From Clostridia bacterium (GTDB lineage: Bacteria; Bacillota; Clostridia; Christensenellales; Aristaeellaceae): a DNA stretch of 18,269 nt. This document shows, piece after piece, positions 8,255 to 15,447 of this stretch; position 1 is the stretch's first letter; every line of letters begins with the position of its first letter. Made by a program: the position numbers and the translations under genes. The stretch spans positions 1-18,269 of the forward strand of contig JAUNDF010000043.1 in NCBI GenBank assembly GCA_030526225.1, in the 5' to 3' direction. The notes beneath the pieces are model-generated. The model saw only the letters and a list, made by a program, of their open reading frames with translations. It was not told the origin of the DNA and did not search any database.

Positions 8255-10078
8255 ATGATTCGCGAAGATATCCGCAACATTGCCATTATTGCCCACGTTG
8301 ACCACGGCAAGACCACCCTGGTGGACCAGATGCTCAAGCAGGGCGGCGTGTACCGTGCCAATCAGCAGACCGTTGACCGCGTAATGGACTCCAACGATCT
8401 GGAGCGCGAGCGCGGCATCACCATCCTGAGCAAGAACACCGCCGTCAGCTATGGCGGCCACAAAATCAACATCGTTGACACCCCCGGCCACGCTGACTTC
8501 GGCGGCGAGGTGGAGCGCGTGCTGAAGATGGTTGACGGCGTGCTGCTGCTGGTGGACAGCTTTGAAGGCCCCATGCCCCAGACCCGCTTCGTGCTGCAGA
8601 AGGCCCTGGCCCTGAAGCTGAAGGTGCTGATTGTCATCAACAAGATTGACCGCCCCGATGCCCGCTGCGAAGAGGTGGTCAACGAAATCATGGACCTGCT
8701 CATCGACCTGGAGGCCGACGAGAGCATCCTGGACAATCCCATCCTGTATGTCAGCGCCCGCAAGGGTACTGCCACCCTGGATCTGGACACCCCCGGTGAA
8801 AACCTGCAGCCCCTGTTCGAGACCATCCTCCAGTGCATCCCCGCCCCCGAAGGCGATCCCGAAGGCCCTGCACAGGTGCTGATTTCCACCATCGACTACA
8901 GCGAGTATGTGGGCCGTATTGGCGTGGGCCGCGTGGTGCGCGGTACCTTCCGCAGCGGCCAGATGGTGGTGCACACCAACATCGAAACCGGTGCTGTCAG
9001 CCAGCCCTGGCGTTTGGCCGGCCTGTTCCAGTATGACGGCCTGAAGCGCAACGCCGCCGAGGAAGTGGGCATGGGTGATATCGTGGCCCTGTGCGGCAAC
9101 GAAAACGTCTCCATCGGCGATACCGTGTGCGACCCCTCCTGCGTGGAGGCGCTGCCCTTTGTGAAAATCAGCGAGCCCACCGTGTCCATGACCTTCCAGG
9201 TCAATGACAGCCCCTTCGCAGGCCGCGAGGGCAGCTTTGTCACCAGCCGTCACCTGCGTGCCCGCCTGATGCGCGAGCTGCAGACCGACGTATCCCTGCG
9301 GGTGAACGACACCGCCACCACCGATGCCTTTGAGGTATGCGGCCGCGGCGAGCTGCACCTGTCCATCCTGATTGAAAACATGCGCCGTCAGGGCTACGAA
9401 TTCGCCGTATCCAAGCCTCAGGTTATTTACAAGGTGATTGACGGCGTAAAGTGCGAGCCCATCGAGCGTCTGGTGGTTGATACGCCCCAGGCCAGCGCCG
9501 GTGCCGTCATCGAAAAGATCGGCCGCCGCCGCGGTACGCTGGAGAGCATGAGCGGTCTGGATCGTGTCCGCATGGAGTTCCTGGTTCCCTCCCGCGGCCT
9601 GTTCGGCTACCGCAGCGAATTTATGACCGACACCCGCGGTGAAGGCATCATGTCCAGCGTGTTCGAGCGCTACGAGCCCGTGAAGGGTGACATCCCCCAC
9701 CGCAATGTGGGCGCTCTGGTTGCCCATGAAAGCGGCGAGTCCACCTCCTACGGCCTGTTCTACGCTCAGGAGCGCGGCACCCTGTTCATCGGCGCACAGC
9801 TGCCCGTGTATGAGGGCATGATTGTGGGCCAGAACGCCCGCCCCGGCGATCTGGTGGTGAATGTGTGCAAGCAGAAGCACGTGACCAACATGCGCAACGC
9901 CTCCGCTTCCGAGGATGCCATGCGCCTGATTTCCGTGCATCCCCTGACGCTGGAGGAATGCATGGAGTTCATCGATGACGATGAGCTGCTGGAAATCACC
10001 CCCAAGACCCTGCGCATGCGCAAAAAGGTTCTCAACGCCGGCGACCGTGCCCGCGCCTGGAGAAACCAGAACAACTGA
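8255..10078 (+). CDS. typA: Translational GTPase TypA/BipA
   Basis: 607 aa from ATG 8255, with AGGAGG at 8239-8244. [46 protein letters not shown]. Length matches BipA. The track ORF start at 8099 reads through the repeat element and is rejected. Stop is TGA. Confidence 0.93.
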   Translation: MIREDIRNIAIIAHVDHGKTTLVDQMLKQGGVYRANQQTVDRVMDSNDLERERGITILSKNTAVSYGGHKINIVDTPGHADFGGEVERVLKMVDGVLLLVDSFEGPMPQTRFVLQKALALKLKVLIVINKIDRPDARCEEVVNEIMDLLIDLEADESILDNPILYVSARKGTATLDLDTPGENLQPLFETILQCIPAPEGDPEGPAQVLISTIDYSEYVGRIGVGRVVRGTFRSGQMVVHTNIETGAVSQPWRLAGLFQYDGLKRNAAEEVGMGDIVALCGNENVSIGDTVCDPSCVEALPFVKISEPTVSMTFQVNDSPFAGREGSFVTSRHLRARLMRELQTDVSLRVNDTATTDAFEVCGRGELHLSILIENMRRQGYEFAVSKPQVIYKVIDGVKCEPIERLVVDTPQASAGAVIEKIGRRRGTLESMSGLDRVRMEFLVPSRGLFGYRSEFMTDTRGEGIMSSVFERYEPVKGDIPHRNVGALVAHESGESTSYGLFYAQERGTLFIGAQLPVYEGMIVGQNARPGDLVVNVCKQKHVTNMRNASASEDAMRLISVHPLTLEECMEFIDDDELLEITPKTLRMRKKVLNAGDRARAWRNQNN

Positions 10079-10094
10079 TAATTGATACAATGTT

Positions 10095-10128
10095 CCCCTG
10101 CCGGAAAGGTTCGGCAGGGGAATTTTTT
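10095..10128 (+). terminator. Rho-independent terminator after typA
   Basis: CCCCTGCCG (10095-10103), 8-nt loop, CGGCAGGGG (10112-10120), then AATTTTTT. Confidence 0.8.
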
Positions 10129-10131
10129 GTA

Positions 10132-10169
10132 TTGTAAAAGGGACTGTGAAAAACGCTTTCACAGCCCCC
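10132..10169 (-). terminator. Rho-independent terminator closing the minus-strand methionine operon
   Basis: Minus strand GGGGCTGTGAAA ... TTTCACAGTCCC (plus 10140-10168, one mismatch), followed by TTTTAC. It lies 12 nt after the TAA of the small ORF. Confidence 0.6.
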
Positions 10170-10180
10170 AAACACATTTC

Positions 10181-10468
10181 TTACTTCTTATACGGTCCGA
10201 ACTTGTCCCAGCCTTCCTTGCTGAGGGTATCCAGGAAGGTGCCGGTGCCGAAAATCATGTTGTCGATGAATTCCTCCACCACGCCTGTGGTCAGGTCGGT
10301 GGTGCCCATCAAATCGCCGTCGCAGGCGAAGGTGTAGTCATCCATCACAAAAGCCTTGGGATAGCGATAGTCCAGATTGAACTTGTTGACGGTGGCCAAA
10401 GCCTTGTTGTAATCAGAGGCCTTGATGGCAAAGCTGTCGGCGGTGAAGCAGAAACGGTCGTTCGTCAA
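10181..10468 (-). CDS. Small hypothetical protein (up to 95 aa), last ORF of the methionine operon
   Basis: Strong host-like C/G-ending codon usage across the ORF. The only start at the 5' end is TTG 10468, immediately preceded by an in-frame TGA. It overlaps the tail of the upstream gene by 56 nt. No family recognised. Confidence 0.35.
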   Translation of the reverse strand: MTNDRFCFTADSFAIKASDYNKALATVNKFNLDYRYPKAFVMDDYTFACDGDLMGTTDLTTGVVEEFIDNMIFGTGTFLDTLSKEGWDKFGPYKK

Positions 10469-11309
10469 TCATTCTGCGCCGCGATTGTATCCGCAAGACC
10501 TTCTGCGCGAAGGCCTCGGCGATTCTTTCCATCAGCCCCATGCGGCGGAAGGGCACGGTGACATAAAAGCCGTCGGCATAGGGCGCGGCCTGACGGGCAA
10601 GGTCCAGCGTGACGGACAAGGCAATCTCCTCGGCCTCTTCCCGGGATTTATCACGATAGCGCAGGGCGATGTCTTCATCGATGCGCATGCCGCTGACCTC
10701 GTTTTGCAAAAAGCAGGCATTGCGGTAGCTGACGATGGGATAAAGCCCCGCCAGAATGAAGCTGCCCTGCAGCTCCTCCCGGGCTTTGCGCAGGTTTTCC
10801 ATCGCCTTTGCGGACAGCACCGGCTGGGTCAGGAAGCCTTCCACACCGGCGGCCACCTTTTCCCTGGCCAGACGAAGCTGCACATCAAAATTGACCGCGT
10901 TCACATTCAGCGCGCCGAACAGATGCATGGGCTGCTTCAGTGCCGTACCCTGCAGGCTTGTGACATAGGCGGCCAGCTTGCGGCTGTTGAAGTTGAACAC
11001 GCTCTTCACGCTGTCCCGGTCTTCGCCGGGGATGGGGTCGCCGGTGACCAGCAGTACATTGTCCACGCCCTCCATGGAAAGGCCCAGCAGCAGTGCCTTG
11101 GTGGCGTTGAGGTTGCGGTCGCGGCAGGTGAGATGCGGCAGAACATTCACCTTCAGCTCCCGGTGCAGCTTGCAGGCCAGCAGGCTGCTGTCTGCGCGGG
11201 GGCGGCCGATGGGGCAATCGGCGATGGTGATGGCATCCACGCCCATGTCCTTCAGCCGCCGGGCATCGGCAAGGAAGTTCTCCGCGCTGTCATCCGCAGG
11301 GGGATCCAG
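10413..11309 (-). CDS. yitJ: Methylenetetrahydrofolate reductase (MTHFR) domain: C-terminal part of a YitJ-like bifunctional gene, downstream of in-frame TAG 11310-11312
   Basis: Same frame as ORF 11310..12269. Reads (TAG)LDPPADDSAENFLADARRLKDMGVDAITIADCP...LPHLTCRDRN...LLVTGDP..., which aligns with E. coli MetF SFEFFPP...HLTCID. The track ORF begins at internal ATG 11246. Stop is TGA. Confidence 0.8.
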   Translation of the reverse strand: MDPPADDSAENFLADARRLKDMGVDAITIADCPIGRPRADSSLLACKLHRELKVNVLPHLTCRDRNLNATKALLLGLSMEGVDNVLLVTGDPIPGEDRDSVKSVFNFNSRKLAAYVTSLQGTALKQPMHLFGALNVNAVNFDVQLRLAREKVAAGVEGFLTQPVLSAKAMENLRKAREELQGSFILAGLYPIVSYRNACFLQNEVSGMRIDEDIALRYRDKSREEAEEIALSVTLDLARQAAPYADGFYVTVPFRRMGLMERIAEAFAQKVLRIQSRRRMIDERPFLLHRRQLCHQGL

Positions 11310-12269
11310 CTATACGGCAATCACCCGCCGCCCCTGCTTCAATCGGGTCAGCAGGCTGTCACCGGTGCGCTCCCTTGCGGCGGCAGATGCCTTTTGCGCA
11401 GCGGCATGGGGAATGTACTGCACATGGTTTTTCGCAATCAGCGCCCCTGCGGCTCGGATGTGCTCCGGCGTGGTGCCGCAGCAGCCGCCCACAATGGCGG
11501 CACCCGCCCCAGCCAGCTGACCCAGCAGATCGGCAAAGTAATCCGGCGTACCCTGAAACACGGCTCTGCGGCCGATGACCGCAGGATAGCCGGCATTGGG
11601 CATCACGGACAGGGGCTTGCCCAAATCGGGCAGCTGCTGCACCAGCTTCAGCATATGACCGGGGCCGGAAACGCAGTTCATGCCCACAGCATCCACCTGA
11701 GGCATGGCGGCTGTATCCCGAAGAAGTCTTACACCGGATTCGCCGCCGCGGGTGACACCCGCGGGGTCCACGGCGTAGGAGACAATCAGGTATGCTTCGG
11801 GGCAGCGCGCCTTCAGCCATGCGGCGGCTTCGGCAACACCATGGCTTGCGGGCAGTGTTTCCATCAAAAAGCAGGTGATGCCCTCGGACAGGAAGGTCTC
11901 CATCTGGCGGATGTAAAGCAGGGCGCTGTCCTTTGCGCCGCAGTCATCCGGTGCTGGACCGATATCGCCGAAGAGGTACGCCTTGCCCTCCGCCGCCTCC
12001 TTGATGAGACCGCAGGCGGCACGGAGCAGCACATCCGCTTCCATGCCCCGGGCCAGCATGCCCGACAGACCGAAGGTGTTGGTCTTCAGGCACTGGGCTC
12101 CGGCAGTCAGATAATCCCGATGAATGGCCAGAATGGTCTCCGGCTCCTGCAGGCAGGCCTGCTCACAGCTTTGCTCCCCCAGCCGGCTGCGCTGGGCATA
12201 CAAGGTGCCCATGCCGCCGTCAAACAGCAGGGGCGCAGGCTGCTTCATTCTGTCGCGAAGGTTCATCAT
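11310..12269 (-). CDS. yitJ: Homocysteine S-methyltransferase domain: N-terminal part of the YitJ-like bifunctional gene, ending at in-frame TAG
   Basis: 319 aa: LLFDGGMGT, KTNTFG, GMNCVSGP, VGGCCGTTPEHI (Zn/Hcy site). AGGAGG lies 8 nt upstream. ATGA overlap with the metH stop. It terminates at TAG 11310-11312, within the first MTHFR motif. Confidence 0.8.
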   Translation of the reverse strand: MMNLRDRMKQPAPLLFDGGMGTLYAQRSRLGEQSCEQACLQEPETILAIHRDYLTAGAQCLKTNTFGLSGMLARGMEADVLLRAACGLIKEAAEGKAYLFGDIGPAPDDCGAKDSALLYIRQMETFLSEGITCFLMETLPASHGVAEAAAWLKARCPEAYLIVSYAVDPAGVTRGGESGVRLLRDTAAMPQVDAVGMNCVSGPGHMLKLVQQLPDLGKPLSVMPNAGYPAVIGRRAVFQGTPDYFADLLGQLAGAGAAIVGGCCGTTPEHIRAAGALIAKNHVQYIPHAAAQKASAAARERTGDSLLTRLKQGRRVIAV

Positions 12270-14299
12270 CCCAGCACCCTCCTGGCAATCTCCACCGCCT
12301 GACGGGCATCCCTGGCGTAATCATCTGCGCCCATCTTTTCGGCCCAGTCGGCGGTCACCACGGCACCGCCCACAAACACCCGGGGCGGATGGGGCAGCTG
12401 CTTGAGTCGGCGCACCGTCTCCTCCATGGCGGGGAGGGTGGTGGTCATCAGCGCGGAAAGCCCCACCAGCGCCAGGTTTTCCTTTTCGGCGCAGTCGCAG
12501 ATGATTTCCGGCGCCACATCCTTGCCAAGGTCGATGACCTCATAGCCGTAATTCTCCAGCACCGTGCGGACGATGTTTTTGCCGATGTCGTGGATATCGC
12601 CCTGCACGGTGGCAATGGCCAGCCGACCCTTGCGGATGCGCTCACCGCCGTTTTTCGCCAGCGAATCCTTGATGACCCCGAACACGCCCTCTGCCGCCTG
12701 GGCAGCACCCAGCAGCTGGGGCAGGAAGGCGCGGCCGGCCTCATAATCCTGACCCACCTTATCCAGCGCGGGAATCAGCTGATCCTCCACCAGCGCCAGC
12801 TCCTGTCCCGGCACCAGCGCGGCCTTGGCGGCCCTGACCGCCTCGGCACAAAGCCCGCGGGAGACGGCCTCCTGCAGGCCCATGGCGGATGATGCGCCGG
12901 GCTTTAAGGGGGCGGCAGGCTGTGCATCGGCAAAGCGGGCGATGTAGTCGCGGCTGCCCTCATCCTCGCCGGAAAGCACCCGGAAGGCCGCCACCGCATC
13001 CATCATTTCCTTTTGATTGGGGTTGATGATGGGCAGATTCAGCCCCTTGTCCATGGCCCGGACAAGGAAGGTCTGGGTCATCAGCGGGCGCATGGGCAGG
13101 CCGAAGGAAATGTTGCTGACCCCCAGCACCGTGCTCAGGCCCAGCTCATCGTGCACCAGCTGCACGGCGCGAAGGGTCTCCTCGGCCTGCTGCTGCTGGG
13201 CGGATACGGTGAGGGTCAGGCAGTCAATCCACACATCGGCCCTGCGGATGCCCTGTGCCAGCGCCGCATCCAGTATCCGGCGGGCGATGGCCAGCCGCTG
13301 CTGTGCCGTATCGGGGATGCCGTTTTCATCCAGCGTCAAGCCCACCACGGCGGCGCCATATTTCTTCACCGACGGCAGAATGGCACGAAGCACCTCCTCC
13401 TTGCCGTTGACGGAGTTCACCGCGGCCTTGCCGTTGTACACCCGAAGCCCTGCGGCCAGCGCCTCGGGGTTGGAGGAATCCAGCTGAAGGGGCAGCGGCA
13501 CCGCGGCCTGCAGTGCCTTCACCACACGGGGCAGCATGGCGACCTCGTCCACGCCGGGGTAGCCCACGTTCACATCCAGAATGTCGGCCCCGGCATCCAT
13601 TTCCTGCACGGCCACATCCACAATGTAGTCCAGATCGTTTTCCAGCAATGCCTGCTGGAAGCGCTTTTTGCCCGTGGGGTTGATGCGCTCGCCAATGACC
13701 CGCACACCGTCTGTATGCACGGTGCGGGTGGGGGTGCAGACACAGCCGTCCCCGGCTCTTTCACCGTGGGGGACAACCGCCGCGTCCTTAGCCATTTCTG
13801 CCAGCGCACGGATGTAATCGGGCTTGGTGCCGCAGCAGCCGCCGATGATGGCCGCGCCGTTTTCAAGGCACAGCCGCATATCCTGCGCAAATTCCTCGGG
13901 AGATACATCATACGCGCCGGTCACCGGATCGGGCAGACCTGCGTTGGGCTTAACGATGACAGGCAGCGCGGTGCAGGCGGCAATCTCCTTCACCAGCGGC
14001 GCCAGCTGACGGGGACCCAGAGAGCAGTTGAGGCCCACCGCATCCACGCCCAGACCCTCCAGCGTGCGCACGGCGGCCTCTGCGGTGCAGCCGGTAAAGG
14101 TGCGGCCATCCGCCTCAAAGGACATGGTGGCGAACACGGGCAGACTGGTGTTCTCTTTGGCGGCCAGCACGGCAGCCTTGGCCTCATAAAGGTCGGTCAT
14201 GGTTTCCACCACAATCAGGTCGGCACCGGCCTTGTCACCGGCAATCACCATCTCCCGGAACAGCTCATAGGCCTGCTCGAAGGTCAACGTGCCCATGGG
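12266..14299 (-). CDS. metH: Cobalamin-dependent methionine synthase (rest of Hcy-binding, pterin-binding and B12-binding modules; no C-terminal AdoMet activation module): part downstream of in-frame TAG 14300-14302
   Basis: GLNCSLGP, IGGCCGTKPDYI, VIGERINPTGKK, LDVNVG, GVSNISFGLP, and the B12 motifs GDIHDIGKN / GLSALMTTT / VGGA. It is in frame with ORF 14300..14635. Stop is TGA. Confidence 0.9.
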   Translation of the reverse strand, partial: PMGTLTFEQAYELFREMVIAGDKAGADLIVVETMTDLYEAKAAVLAAKENTSLPVFATMSFEADGRTFTGCTAEAAVRTLEGLGVDAVGLNCSLGPRQLAPLVKEIAACTALPVIVKPNAGLPDPVTGAYDVSPEEFAQDMRLCLENGAAIIGGCCGTKPDYIRALAEMAKDAAVVPHGERAGDGCVCTPTRTVHTDGVRVIGERINPTGKKRFQQALLENDLDYIVDVAVQEMDAGADILDVNVGYPGVDEVAMLPRVVKALQAAVPLPLQLDSSNPEALAAGLRVYNGKAAVNSVNGKEEVLRAILPSVKKYGAAVVGLTLDENGIPDTAQQRLAIARRILDAALAQGIRRADVWIDCLTLTVSAQQQQAEETLRAVQLVHDELGLSTVLGVSNISFGLPMRPLMTQTFLVRAMDKGLNLPIINPNQKEMMDAVAAFRVLSGEDEGSRDYIARFADAQPAAPLKPGASSAMGLQEAVSRGLCAEAVRAAKAALVPGQELALVEDQLIPALDKVGQDYEAGRAFLPQLLGAAQAAEGVFGVIKDSLAKNGGERIRKGRLAIATVQGDIHDIGKNIVRTVLENYGYEVIDLGKDVAPEIICDCAEKENLALVGLSALMTTTLPAMEETVRRLKQLPHPPRVFVGGAVVTADWAEKMGADDYARDARQAVEIARRVLG

Positions 14300-14635
14300 C
14301 TAAAGCAGCTCGCCGATGGGGCCCACATCCAGTGCGATGGCCATGTCGGTCCGTCCGGCCTCCTGCGCCGCCTGTCTTGCCAGCGCAACGCCCGCCAGAA
14401 TCACCTCCTGCACGGTGTGGCCGCTGCCCTGCAGCTTGTGTCCGTTTGCCCCGAAGGTATTGGCGTACAGCACCTGACTGCCGGCCTCGGCATACTGGCG
14501 CTGAATATCGCGGATGATGTCACCGCTGGTGATATTCATCAGCTCCGGCAGGTCGCCCAGCTTCATGCCGGCGGCCATGAGCATGGTGCCCATGCCGCCA
14601 TCCAGCAGCAGGGGTTTATTTTGATTCCATTCCAC
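14300..14635 (-). CDS. metH: N-terminal 111 codons of the same methionine synthase (start of Hcy-binding module), ending at in-frame TAG
   Basis: GTG start 14635, 8 nt after AGGAGG. PLLLDGGMGTML, YANTFGAN, ...DVGPIGELL, then TAG, then PMGTLTFEQAYELF in the same frame. Confidence 0.85.
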   Translation of the reverse strand: MEWNQNKPLLLDGGMGTMLMAAGMKLGDLPELMNITSGDIIRDIQRQYAEAGSQVLYANTFGANGHKLQGSGHTVQEVILAGVALARQAAQEAGRTDMAIALDVGPIGELL

Positions 14636-15275
14636 AGGTTCGTCCTCCTTTGCGGATGGTGCAGTGTTCTTTCATTTCACAATACGCGCAGCCGCGGATT
14701 CTTGCCCGCTGGGGCGCATCAGACAGTCCGATAAAGGCCGTGACCGATTTTTGCGGATTCATCAGCCCCGACGGCGTCAGATGGATGCCCGTTTTCCGCT
14801 GTGCATCCAGCAGGTGGATGATGGGGAACTGCAGCTGCAATGGCAAATCCCCGTAGCCGGGGCTGAAGCGGTCCGTGCCGTGGGAATACGGCACCGCCTG
14901 CAGGATTTCCTGCTGAAGAGCATCGCAGACCTCCTCAATCAAGGCACTGCCGCAGCAGTCCATCAGCAGTGCATCCGCCATGCTCCGGGCCTGCACCGTG
15001 CGCACCAGCCGGTCGAAATCCGCCCCAAGGGTACAGGCAAAGACCGCCACCGCCTGACAATCCTTCAGCATCAGCCGGGCAGATGCGCCCTCAAGCAGCA
15101 ATTCACCCGCCTGCTCGCCCGCATCGGTATGATTCAGGGGCAGCATGCGCCACACGGATTTGGGGTGCAGCGATCTGCGGAGCAGCATCAGCGTTTCCCG
15201 GGCGCGGGTCAGGGTGGCTTCATCCTATGGCGGACAGCCCATGTAGCGCAGTGCCTCGTATGCGGTATCTGCCAC
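14616..15275 (-). CDS. Stand-alone vitamin-B12-dependent methionine synthase activation-domain protein (Met_synt_B12), with in-frame TAG at codon 17
   Basis: Probable start is GTG 15275, preceded by GGAAGGGGG. It reads MADTAYEALRYMGCPP-TAG-DEATLTRARETLMLLRR... The (E)ALRY(L/M)G N-terminus and RFSPGYGDLPL are typical of this family. The track ORF 14616..15188 starts at the next ATG, which has no SD. Stop is TAA. It overlaps the metH start by 20 nt. Confidence 0.7.
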
Positions 15276-15353
15276 GGCAGCAGCCCCCTTCCATCAGACT
15301 TGTTGTATCCAAAGATACCATATTTTTCTTCAGATGTACAGAGGAAAGCCCGG

Positions 15354-15383
15354 TTGCACTTTCCATGTCAAATGTGGTATACT
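15354..15383 (+). promoter_or_regulatory. Putative promoter, with extended -10, for trkAH
   Basis: TTGCAC (15354-15359), 18 nt spacer, TGgTATACT (TG at 15375-15376, TATACT at 15378-15383). Confidence 0.45.
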
Positions 15384-15447
15384 ATATTGTAAATATCCTT
15401 TTTTAACGATGCTTCCGCGTTTCATGCGGAGTGAAGGAGGTCTTCCC

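Noticed and set aside
6158-10177. Very long antisense ORFs opposite conserved genes. Here: 6158..8134 (-) 658 aa and 8237..10177 (-) 646 aa. Likewise 546..1379 (+), 2460..3797 (-), 4216..5082 (-), 5322..6131 (-), 10422..12302 (+), 13013..14734 (+), 14664..15392 (+), 15403..16692 (-), 17046..18068 (-).
   Set aside because: They are GC-rich shadow frames with low-complexity Gly/Ala/His/Gln/Arg-rich translations. They have no RBS or recognisable domains. Each lies opposite a gene with unambiguous conserved motifs.
10413-15275. Pyrrolysine as the meaning of the in-frame TAGs, an attractive idea because MetH is a corrinoid methyltransferase.
   Set aside because: Known Pyl sites are in MtmB/MtbB/MttB-type methylamine methyltransferases, not in MetH, MTHFR or activation domains. 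One TAG aligns with a catalytic Glu. No pyl genes or PYLIS-like context are visible in the window. The idea remains testable at genome level but is not supported here.
15276-15447. A SAM (S-box), THF or cobalamin riboswitch in the met-operon leader, or a c-di-AMP type element before trkA.
   Set aside because: The available leaders are too short (roughly 60-110 nt). I could not find the conserved cores, such as a B12 box or S-box helices, only a 5-bp palindrome GTATC-N4-GATAC (15303-15316). This needs a covariance-model scan to be certain.
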